A stretch of 64,000 nt of DNA from a virus: positions 3,814 through 67,813 of IMG/VR virus record IMGVR_UViG_3300034093_002374; one strand, written 5' to 3'. Under the pieces are notes generated by a model. It saw only the letters and a list, made by a program, of their open reading frames with translations, did no database searches and was not told the origin of the DNA. The translations under genes were made by a program, and so were the position numbers. Positions 1-11,000 of this stretch are shown here, piece after piece (the stretch's first letter is position 1; the number at the start of each line of letters is the position of its first letter).

Positions 1-75
1 GGTACAGACAAAGCGAACCCAGCACTCGCTAAGGCTCGTTACGAACTTCCCATGAACTACTTTGGAGTGACCTGA
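1..75 (+). CDS. 3' end of a probable tail terminator/completion protein (partial)
   Basis: Frame 1 is open (GTDKANPALAKARYELPMNYFGVT*); stop lies just before the tail tube gene; function from synteny only. Confidence 0.5.
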   Translation, partial: GTDKANPALAKARYELPMNYFGVT

Positions 76-77
76 AA

Positions 78-677
78 ATGGCACACATTTCGTCCATCGG
101 CGCGGCCATGTTCTCGGACCTGGCCATTGCCACCCCCTCGACCGAACTCAGCAATGCCACGCTGACTGCTCTTGACACCGCCGCTGAATTCCAGGCGCTG
201 TTTGCTACCGAAATCGCCAATGTCGGTGGTACCCGCGCCGCCGGTGCTTTCGTCCGCGTCAGCAACGTTCGTGAATTCCCGGCCATGGGCACCCCGCCCA
301 ACGTCGTCAACGTCCCCACCTACGGTAAGAAGACCTCCTCGCAGGTGCAAGGCCAGGCCGACGCTCCGTCGATGGAAATCACGCTCAACTACGTCCCCAC
401 CGAGTGGGCTGACGAAGCCGGTAACATCTGCGGCCTGATGGTCGGCGATGGCATCCAGCGCGTCTTCCGCTTTAGCCTCCTGAACGCTGAATCGACCGGC
501 TCCGGCGCGACTAAGTACGCGTCCACCGTCGGTGGTTTGGGTACCGTGCAAAACAGCCAGTACTACTGGGTTGGTAAGCTCGAAGCTCTGCAAGTGACGC
601 CGGGCCTGACAGACGCCACCACGGCGACTATCACTATCACCATGCAGTCGGAATTCTTCGGCGCATACACCATCTAA
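78..677 (+). CDS. Major tail tube protein
   Basis: 199 aa; VREFPAMGTPPNVVNVPTYG..SSQVQGQADAPSMEITLNYVP pattern of siphophage tail tubes; strong C-ending codon bias; upstream of chaperone and tape measure genes. Confidence 0.85.
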   Translation: MAHISSIGAAMFSDLAIATPSTELSNATLTALDTAAEFQALFATEIANVGGTRAAGAFVRVSNVREFPAMGTPPNVVNVPTYGKKTSSQVQGQADAPSMEITLNYVPTEWADEAGNICGLMVGDGIQRVFRFSLLNAESTGSGATKYASTVGGLGTVQNSQYYWVGKLEALQVTPGLTDATTATITITMQSEFFGAYTI

Positions 678-686
678 ATTGCGTTA

Positions 687-730
687 GGGAAGCTCTTAAA
701 GGTACGTCAGACCACTTTTGAGAGCTTCCC
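687..730 (+). terminator. Long hairpin after tail tube gene (terminator or processing site)
   Basis: GGGAAGCTCTTAAA...TTTGAGAGCTTCCC inverted repeat, no clear U-tract. Confidence 0.5.
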
Positions 731-754
731 GATCGTACTATCCTGGAAAGTATT

Positions 755-997
755 ATGGCAGACAGTATCGCCGCCACGAAACCTTTCGACAAGTCTTACG
801 TTTTGCGCGTTACTGTCAAGCACATGCGACGCGACCTAGATATCAGTATTCGTAAAACTTTCGAACGGCTTCCTGAGTTCGCTAATAACGAAGTTAAGTC
901 AAAAGAGATTTTTACAACGCTTATGGTCCTACAAGCCATGAGGAACCAGCTGGAAGATTTCCAGCAGATCAATCAAGAACATTTCTCCGGAGAATAG
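755..997 (+). CDS. Hypothetical protein in tail module
   Basis: 80-aa ORF with upstream GGA; fills the gap. Confidence 0.7.
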   Translation: MADSIAATKPFDKSYVLRVTVKHMRRDLDISIRKTFERLPEFANNEVKSKEIFTTLMVLQAMRNQLEDFQQINQEHFSGE

Positions 998-1000
998 AGA

Positions 1001-1384
1001 ATGGCACAACCGTCTACGGCCCCCGTTAGCATTTCAACGCTGCTTGGCAAGAAAGTCTCTAAGACTGTTCCTTTCCTGGGCGCTCACATTACTATTAATA
1101 AGCTGACTGTTGCGGAAGTTAAAGACATCCAAGACGCAGCGACTCTTGCAGATAAAGCCGTAAAAGCTGCAATTGCAAATCCTGAAGAAGACGCTGACGT
1201 TGATCAACTTGGTGTTTTGCGTGCTATTGTCCGGTCTTCCGTTGAAGGTGGTCAAGACCTGACAGACGAGAATTTTCAAGAGTGGCCTATCGAAGACATT
1301 TCGAAACTGGCCAAAGAAATCATGAAATACTCTGGTATTGGTGACGACGATACGGGAAAGTCGTCCTCACAGACGAAGAGCTAA
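1001..1384 (+). CDS. Tail assembly chaperone (gpG-like)
   Basis: 127 aa, between tail tube and TMP; in-frame G GGA AAG slippery heptamer at 1354-1360. Confidence 0.8.
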   Translation: MAQPSTAPVSISTLLGKKVSKTVPFLGAHITINKLTVAEVKDIQDAATLADKAVKAAIANPEEDADVDQLGVLRAIVRSSVEGGQDLTDENFQEWPIEDISKLAKEIMKYSGIGDDDTGKSSSQTKS

Positions 1385-1704
1385 GTCTTTACGAAGTAGC
1401 ATTTCAACTTAAAAAGACTGTTGGTGAGTTGCAATCTATAACTTACGAAGAGTTAAAAGGCTGGCATGCTTACTTTGAACGACGACCTCCTGAGTGGCGT
1501 GATGATGACAGGACCGCCAAGTTGTTACAAGCGCAAGGTGCTAAGTCTAAACCTTGGGAGTTGTTCCCTTCATTAAAGAACATTTATAATTCTCTAGGCA
1601 GCAGTGACGCTTCAAGCACTGCACCTAGAGGTTTGAAAGGTTCTTTCATGGGTCACCTTATGATGTCTTCGAAAGGCGGCGAGAAATTAGCCTTTGAGGA
1701 ATGA
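1001..1704 (+). CDS. Tail assembly chaperone G-T fusion via -1 frameshift
   Basis: -1 frame from 1354 is open (GKVVLTDEELSLYEVAFQLKKTVGELQSITYEELKGW...) and continuous with ORF 1429-1704. Confidence 0.8.
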
Positions 1705-1707
1705 CGC

Positions 1708-1992
1708 ATGGCAAAGTTCGATTTAAACAAAGCTCACGCCATTGCCGTTAAAAAAGCTATGGCACCGAAACTAAGCACGATGGTGGCAGCTCTTAAAGTT
1801 GCAACACCAATAGACACGGGCGAGGCTCGTGATGGTTGGCGGTATGAAGCCGGTAAGATAGTCAATGACGTAGATCACATTGTCGCACTGAATGAGGGTA
1901 GTTCTAAACAAGCACCCACGCATTTCATTGAGATGTCACTACTGTCGCACGAGGGCGTCCGCCCAAGTGGAATCATCGTGAGGTCTCAATGA
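1708..1992 (+). CDS. HK97 gp10-like tail completion/neck protein
   Basis: ATPIDTGEARDGW...NDVDHIVALNEGSSKQAP motif typical of this family. Confidence 0.6.
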   Translation: MAKFDLNKAHAIAVKKAMAPKLSTMVAALKVATPIDTGEARDGWRYEAGKIVNDVDHIVALNEGSSKQAPTHFIEMSLLSHEGVRPSGIIVRSQ

Positions 1993-1996
1993 CCTT

Positions 1997-2030
1997 GAAC
2001 CCCGCTGGACACTTCGTCTGGCGGGGTTTT
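1997..2030 (+). terminator. Rho-independent terminator-like hairpin
   Basis: GAACCCCGCTGGAC-ACTTC-GTCTGGCGGGGTTTT. Confidence 0.6.
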
Positions 2031-2050
2031 AAATTAACAAAGGAGAAGCT

Positions 2051-5000
2051 ATGTCTGGCGTTATTATTGATGTCGACACAAGGGCAGAAAGCTCTAAGAA
2101 AGACTTGGCGTCGCTTAACCGTAGTCTTGCATCGCTCATTACAGGTGCAGGGCGTGCTAAAGGTTCACTCAACGGTATTCGTGCAGATGGTCTAAGTAAC
2201 CTAAATAAAGACGTTGCTCGTTCAACTGCTGCCATGACTCGTCTAGGTACGAGCGGTCAAGCGTCAATGAACCAAATTGCACAAGGCGTCAGAAGCGTAA
2301 CGAATGACATAGGCTTGCTCAAAAGCGGTGTATTTGCCGCTGCTGCCGGTTTTGCAGCTTTGAAAGCTGTTGGCTCGCTCAACGCTATGTCTGATGACCT
2401 TACGAACGTTCAAAATAGACTACGGCTTGTTACAAACGGCACGTATGAACTTATGCAAGCTCAACGTGAGATGCTGCGTCTATCTAATGATACACGTAGT
2501 AGCGTTCAAGGTACAACGTCACTTTATGTAGCGTTTGCCAACGCTATGTCAAAAGCGGGTGTTTCTCAAGAACGCCTGGTTGCAGGGGTTCGTGTTATTC
2601 AGCAAGCAGCTGCTGTCAGTAACATGGGCGTAGAGTCTACCAACGCAGCTATTACTCAGTTGAATCAAGGCTTATCTTCGGGTACGCTTCGTGGTGAAGA
2701 ACTAAACTCTGTTCTTGAGCAAATGCCGTATCTCGGTCAGCAACTTGCTGTTCAACTTAAGATGACTACCGGAGAGATGCGCAACTTTGCGGCTGAAGGT
2801 AAGCTAACCACAGACATTGTGTTTAAAGCTTTGGAAGGCATGGCCGCGCGTACAGACGTTGCGTTTAGATCAACTAATGCTTCAGTAGCTCAAGGTCGTG
2901 CTGCTTTTAAACAAACGATTGCTTACAACATTGCTGATCTTAATGCTTACCTTGGTATTTCTGCCGCGTTTGCTAGAGGGTTGATGACAAACGCTGAGCG
3001 TTTTGAAGGTGCCAGCGATCGCATGATTCAAAAAGTTAGCCTTATCAGGTCTTCGCTGAAAGGATATCTTAACGAAATTGAACGCAGTAATGTGTTGACG
3101 TCAACCTTTAAAGCTGCGCTTCGGTTTGAGTTTTTGCCTTTTTCTGCAACAGAGCAGTTTAAACAACGCAAGTTGATTAAAGCACATGTCAAGACGCTAC
3201 AAACGCTCTTTAATAAGAACGAAACGGTTGAAGTCAACGCAAACCCAACCGGTCTTGCTAGAGTCTTCGGTGCACGTCGCACTGATCCTGCTGAAGAAGA
3301 CCCTGCAGAAAGCGCAAACAAACTTCGTAAACGTGTTCGTGACATCGTTGATTTGTCGGCTACGATGTATGAAGCGTTTGCTGTAAGCGTCAGAAACACT
3401 GCAAGACTACTACCTAGACTTTACTTGCCGCTTAACACGTATATTGACCAGCTGGAGCTTTTCTTTGTAAAGTCTCGAGTAGGTGTCAGCGCATGGGTCG
3501 CAAACACCATCCGCCCTGCATCGCGTGGGATTGAAGCATTCAATGAAGTGCTGTCAGTATTTGCAACAGGTGACATGCGCGTTGAGCGTGCCTGGGTAAA
3601 TCTGTTTAAGTCGGAAAATCTTGAAACCTTTACTGCTAACTTGGCTAAGCTAAATACAGCAAGGGAACAGTTAAAGCTTAACGATAAGGCGGCATTTGGT
3701 AGAATTGAGCTGTTCCGTTTTGATGTTGCAAACGACAGCATTGAGCGTGTTCTAATTCAGCTGGGCCTTATGGAGAACCGTTTCAGGCTTAAAATCCCTG
3801 TTGCTGAAATTACGAGCAAGTTGAAGACAGTTGGTTCTATTATCCAAAGAGTCTATGCTGACGTTTTGGCTCCGAAACTTGAACCAGCTTTTAGAAAACT
3901 GTCAATACAAATTAGGACTGCTGCTAACTCACTGGCATCAGGGCTTCGAAATACGTTTACTAGAAACGTAGGAGAGCGTCTTGGCCGTGTTGTTGGTGAG
4001 GGTTTTGAAGATGCGTTCCTGTATATCTTTGATTCTTGGGAGGGTTTCGAAAATGTCGATTTTAGTGAACAACTTGTAACCGCTGTTCAGAAAATAAGCG
4101 CGGCGTTGGCAGGGCCGCTTACTCGTCTTCGTGATTTTATCTCTGGATTCTTCAAAGGACTGTTTGACAACCAGAACGTCTTTGACGATGTGTTTGACGG
4201 GTTTAATTCTAATCCTCTGGAAAAGATGTTTAACTCGATATCGAAAACCGCAAATGACAAGCTAAACGCTGTTCAGGATCGTGTAAAGTCTTTTGGAACG
4301 TTTATCAAAGACGTTTTCTTTGATATCTGGGACAAAGTCGTTGGTCACTCCTACTGGCCTGACATGGTCGATGGTGTGGTTGACTACACCAGAAATCTCT
4401 CAAAGGCGCTGCCGTCGTTTGACAAGCTCGGCGATCAAGTTAAAGACGTGTTTAAGGGGTTGAAAAGCAGCGTTAGGAAAGGTCTTGACGAAGTAAGCGA
4501 CCTCCCGTCGCAGCTGTATTGGAACCTCTTTAAGAATCTCGCAAAGGCCGAGGGTAAGTATGACTTTAAGTTCAATCTGAACCCGTTTGAAAAGGCCTCT
4601 AGGGACTTCCTTCGGATGACGCTGTCCTTGATGGTGACGGCTGAGTATCAGCTGGCTCGTGTCGAAGAGCGCATCTACAAGTTTGGCAGCACTGTCAAGG
4701 ATGTTTTCTTTGATATCTGGGACAAGGTCGTTGGTCACTCCTACTGGCCTGACATGATCGATAGTGTAGTTGATTACACAGAGAACCTCTTTAAAGCCGA
4801 TACTAAAATTGAACGTTTTGGTGAGTCAATTAAACGTACGTTCTCAAAAGCCCTGTCGGAAGTTGCACAACTAGGCAGAGACTCAGGAGGCGTCTTTGGA
4901 AAGGTTGTTGAAACACTCTCTAACGTAAATTGGAATGAGGCGCTTAAGAAGTTGTCTGACAACGTAGGCGGCGCTGTGCTTGCCGGGATCTTCTTAGCCT

Positions 5001-8000
5001 TTGGTGCTCCGCAGATGAAGTTAGCAGCAGTTTCTTATTTGCTGTCTATCTTTAATGTTGCGCTAAACAACACGCTTGGTGTAATCGGTCCGGGACTTGC
5101 TTCAATAGCAGGTTCCATCGGTGGTGAGTTTGCAGGGCATCTTGTAGAAGGTTTTCTCCGTTCAGCCAACATTGTTGTAAACGCAATTCCTGCTTTTATT
5201 GAATCGTTCACTACGGCGCTCCTTGCGGGTGTGCCGATTATTGGTGACATTGTTAAGCTTGCATTTTCTTGGTTCCCACTCGTTTCTAACAACCTTGTGT
5301 TGATGGCAGCGGGTCTGGCTGGCTTGTCGGCATTTTTCTTTGCAGACACTCGTAAGAGTATTGTTACCGCGTTGTTTGGGACTCCTGCCAGGATCAGGAA
5401 AGACGGAACAGTTGTGACAGCTGCAGTCATGGGTCTTTTGCCTGTTATGCAGTCTATGCTTTTTGGGTGGGTACCTAAAGGGGCCGGTCAGTTTGTAAAT
5501 AACTTCTTTAGTGGTTTTAGAGATAAGAAGTTTGCAATAGCTGGCGCACTGGCATTGTCGTCAATGCTGCTTGAAAGCGTAACGATGGTAGAGGCGCTGC
5601 AAGTTGGTGTCCCACTTCTCGGTCTTGCGCTTCTCGGACCGGAAGGGGGGTTGCGTCTTGCTAAAGATTCTACTACTATCATTCTTTCAACAATCAAGGC
5701 AATGGGCAATCTTGCGGCGGGTGCAATTAAACAACATGCACCTACACGCGGTTTCCTTGCAGCTATTTTTGGTGCCGGCGCTGTCGGTCTTGAAGCTTTG
5801 AACGGTAACGATTTCGGTGATGAACAGAAAAAAGTCGTAACTACTGCATTCGGAACGTTGTTTAAAACGCTTTCTGAAATTCCTGGGAACCTGGCTAGGA
5901 ACGGTGATGCATACGGCCAGAACAAGATGGGCCTTCTTGCAGCAATGTTTACAGGACCTCTTGAGGCACCTGCTGCACCTATCGCCGATGTCAACGGTCT
6001 TATTTGGGATAGCGTAAAAGGCGATGAAAACGGTTTGCGTTATTTCACGGCTAAAGTTGCGCCGATTAGAGAGCAGTTTAGTGCAGCTGTAAACAGCGTT
6101 TTGGATTTTGCACCAGACAAGAGCGGAAGAACACTTAATAACACCTTTGGCGTTGTATTTAAATCACTGCTGGATCAGTTTAATGCGTTTAAGCTGCAAA
6201 TGGGTGAGGGCGGTGGCTGGGCTAAAATTGGTGCAGCTATTTCTAGCGTTTTTGAAATAACTGCGTTGAGTGTTCGTAGATCACTCGGACTCATGCGCGA
6301 CGGCCTCTTGGCGCTCTTCACACTCCTTCGTAACAAGTTTGTTTTGATTCTTCTCATCTCAGGCTTGTTTGCGGGTGCTGCAAAAGCGGCTACAGATGCA
6401 GGTGGTGCGATTAGTGAGCTCACTAGCAACTTTGCTGGTCTAGTCACAACGGTTCTTGGCGCTGTAGTGGCGTTGAAAACATTAGGTATTGTTTTCCGTA
6501 CGGTAAAGGCTTTTAATACAGGAAAAGCTGCATTTGAACTTGCTAATCCTCTTCAAGGAGGCGGTACAAAAGCCGGTCTCGCGGCTGCAAGTACTTATTT
6601 AGGTGACATTGGTTCAAGTATTGTCAATGGCGTGAGTGAGCTGATAAACAGTCCACGGACTGATCTAAAGAGTGCTCGTCGTAACGCTGTTGCCAATCGT
6701 GAGATGTTTGATGCCGGTACGTATGGGCCATTTCGTCCGGGACCGGTAATGTATGGACCTCAACGCCCACGAGTTGCTGAGCAATATGGTCCCAGAGCTA
6801 ATAATGCGCACATCTATGCAAATTTGTTGAGAGACAGCCTTGCGGATCTTTCAAGTGCACCCTCTATTCAAAAGCTAAATACATCGTTTAAGTTGCTTGG
6901 CAAAACGGGCACGTCTTCGTTCAAGAATGTAACTGGTGCAATGACCGGAACTCTTGAAGCTGCGGCTAAAGGACCTGGCATTCTTGGCACACTTGCCAAC
7001 GGTTTCTTTGTTCTTGGTAGTATTGGTGTTGCAAGCTTACGAGCAATGGCGGTCGCTGCATGGAGCTTTGTTGCGCCTCTTCTACCGCTTATTGGAGCGG
7101 TTTTAGCAATCGGCTCTGTTGTGGGTCTTCTTGGTGTCATGCTGTTCGGCAAGGGTAACACATTCTTTGATAAGCTTGCTTGGGCTTACGATAAGATTCG
7201 TGCTATGCTTGGTCTTACTCAAGTTACCGATCAAGGTCGTCGCTCTGCAATACAAGACGCCTTGAAACCGCGTGAAATAGATGGTGTAACTTACGACTTC
7301 AGCGCAACTATTGAACGTGTTGATTTCGAAGGCATGTCAAATGAAATGTTTGGCACAGTTAAGACACAAGCTGAAGAAACCGGCAAGGCCATCGATGAGC
7401 TTAGTGAAGCCTACCGTCGTCAAGGTTTTATTTCAGCAAAACAGCGGCAAGAGCTTGACGACATGTATCGTGAACAAGAGTCACTGCTTGGTCGCCAACA
7501 GCAGCGCCCTGTGCGTACTATAAGTGAAAGTCTTGATGATGCCAACGCAGAAATCAGTAGACTTGATAATAGTTTGCGTGCACGCATTAATAGACTTTTT
7601 GGTCAAAATCGCGATCAACAAACGTTTGTAACAACACCCACCCGTCGGCCAGAGACGCGATTGTCTGCAGCAATTCGAGCAAACCGTGAAGGCGGTGGAC
7701 CGATTGGTCGTTGGTGGACAAGTATGCCGGAGCGTGAGCGACGCGTGAGTTCAGCGATCGCGCAACAGAGGGCGTTAAATCAACAAAAGTTAGATCGTTT
7801 TACTGAGTATAATAGCGTTAGATACTTCGGCGCGACGCCTACAACGGCGCGTCAAAGCCGTGCGTCTAATGTTATTGCCGATAGTAAAGCAGCATTACAA
7901 CCGGTCGAATCTTTGATTTCGCAGGATGATACGGACAACTTCACTGCGTTGATTGCACAGTATCGCGATGCACAAACGCTAGCAAATACGTTTGAGACTA

Positions 8001-11000
8001 CTAAGTTCACCGGACGTTTTGATGGTGAAAGGGAAACGTATGAAGCTTACCAAGTACGGAAACTTGCAGCAATCCAAGAAGCTGATCTCTTGGAACGTCG
8101 CCTTATTATCGAGCGACAGCGCCTTCAAGAAAAAGGTATAAAGCAGCTTAAAATAACTACGTTCCAAGCCTTTTTGGCATCGTCTGTCACAAATATTAAA
8201 GATCAATTAGATATTGATTTCGGTGAGGGAGGTCGTGACTTTGTCGGCACTGGCGAGGAGCTTCGTGAGTTCAATAATGCGGCTAAACGCGTTGCTGATC
8301 TAAATGCTCAAATTGCTACGACGGCTAACTCATCTCAGCTGGCGATTTTGAACTCCAAGCGGTTGGCTGAGCAAGCACGTAGCCAAGCAGAGGCCGAACG
8401 CATCAAGGCTGAAGCGTTCTTTAGCACTAGCAATGAGTTCCTCTCAGGAGTTACTGGCGACTCTGCTCAAAGTATCGGGGCAATGTTTGCTGTCAACCCT
8501 GAAGACTTCAAAGCTTACAAGACTGTTGCCGATGACCTAGCCGATGTAAACACTCAGCTGGCTAACGTACCCACTAACGCCCCTGACGCGCAAGCTCAAA
8601 TCGCGCGGCTAACCGATGAGGCGCTCAATCTTAGTAATCAGTTGGCTCAGCTTGGTCCAAAAGCTTTTAGTATTGAAGCTATAAACGCTGAATTTCAGAA
8701 AGTAAATATTCCAGAAGTTACTCTTGATCAGTATTTGTATTTCTCACCCGAGCATATAAGAGGTCTTCAAGGCAGCTTTCAAGCGGTTGAGATTGCAACA
8801 AATGAAGTTCAAGCAGCACTTTCCAAGCTTGGTGATGACGACGTAAGTCTCCAACGTTATATAGAGTCTCTGCGTAAGCTTCGTCGTGAAATTCAAAACA
8901 CACAAGCTGTAGCAGCGGCTTTGACTGCGGCAGATGTACGCGAGCGTATTGCAGAACGCGGTAGTGGCGCAGCAAGTGCAAGAGCTGTTGGCGATCTTAC
9001 TGGCATCGTGACTACTGCAAGAGGTCTGCAAAATGCAGAGCGTGTTGTTGCACTCTCGCAAGAGCTTCTTGATATACGTGCCCGGTTGGAGCTATACGAT
9101 GTCAATGAAACAGCATCGGCTGATGTCGATCGTGAAATCACACGAGATAAGACTAAAGAAGAACAACTTGTCGCAAGACTCAACGCTCTCAATGCTCCAC
9201 TAGAGAGTGGAGGTGGAGGCACTCCGCGTCTTTTGTCTGACATTCTTGGTCGTTTAAGTGAAGTCGGTATTGCTGTAGACGCAGTAAACTTCACGAGACT
9301 TGCCGCTGACGCGCGTAGTTCTCTTTCTTCAATAGGTGTTAATCTAGATATTATTGCCAAAAGAATTGAAAAAGCAAAACCTGGAGATGACATTTCAGCG
9401 TTGCTCGCTCGTCGTGCTGAGCTGTTTAATGACGCTAGAGTTAAACTTCTAGATACGCTTTACAACACAGGTGCGGGTCTCTCAGCCGCATTCAGTCGTG
9501 TCGGTGTTGCTGACAACGCTGCTATTGCCAGGCTTGACCCGACTGACGCCGCCGGTTTGCTTGCGCTTGATCGCGAGAGTGAGAACCTCCGTCTTCAACG
9601 TGATCAAGTTAATACGCAAGAAGAATTCTTTGCCATCACCCGCAAGATGGCAGACCTTGATCGTGAACGTTTAGCTTACGCCGCCAGACTTGATAAAACA
9701 CTAGAGGAACAAGTTAGCACAATCAATGACGTCTTTAATGCGTCACTGGAAGCTGCTGATGTTCGCTTCTTTGGCGCTGATATGGTGTCACAACTAAGTG
9801 GTATTGCAGCAGGTCTTCAGATCGAACTTCAAAGAGCGGTCGATGGCTTAACATCGCGTCTTGGCGACTCCTTGGAAGAGGCTTTTAGTACGTTCACGGC
9901 AATTCAACGTCGCGGTCAACTAGTTGGTCTGTTCCGTGAGTTTGAAACTAGTCTTGCTGACGCGTTGGGTCGTGGTGCAAGAACCGGCTTCGAGCGTATG
10001 AGCAATCTCGTAGAGGGTATTACCCTTGACGATTACTTGCAAGTCGACCGTAGTACACGTCAAGCTTTGACGCAGGAAGACGTTGCTCTAGAGAGTCTTG
10101 GTAACGTTCTTGATAGTGGTGCTCTCAATGATGAAATGATTCGCTTTATCAATGAGAACTTCACCAATGGCAACATGAGCGCAGTTGATACGATGCGTGG
10201 TCTTGAAGCCATACCGGCGTTCAATGAAGATGTAATGTCGCTGTTTGTCACTCCTATGGAGGCATTGAACGACACTACTCGTCAGCTTGTTGAAGCAACA
10301 CTTGACAATGTTGCTGCCCTGCGCGGCCAAAGTGTTGAGAGGCTGGATACGCCTACGTCAGGCGATCGTGTAAACGAACTCGATACCGTTATTGTAAATG
10401 GCGTTCCTGTTCGTCGCCCGTCTTCAAACCCTGTACTGTCGCCTACCGTGACAGAGGTGCTTGATGAAGACGCTTATGGAAGAGTTGAACGTGGTGTACG
10501 TAGCAATGCTGCTGCGCGTATTGCAGGTGCTGCTGGTCCCAACCAACGAAGACTTGCCATTGCGCTTGCTCAGCTCAGCGGCGTACGTATTGAAGTAGAG
10601 ACTATCAATCTCGCTTCTCGCACGCAACTTGACCAGCTTAACCAGCTTGGCGGTGACTTTGCGCACTACACCGAACAAATGGCGTTGGCGCAAAAAGGCA
10701 TCACTACAGCGTTGACTATACCAGAACTTCAAACACGCATCAATGAAATCGGTCTTCGAATGCAAGACCTTGGTGATTACATTGAAGATGCCGCAAGGCG
10801 CATGGCTGAAGCTGGTCGAACGCTGTCAGATGACGTCAGATCTAATCTGGTTGACTCTGTCAAGGCGTTTGCTAAAGGTGATATGAGTCTAAACGATGTT
10901 GTTGGTTCTTTCCTTGACACGCTGACTGCCTCGATCGTAGACAGGTTTATTGAAGGTCTTATGGATCCACTTACAGGCGAAGGCGGTCTTCTTGATCAAC

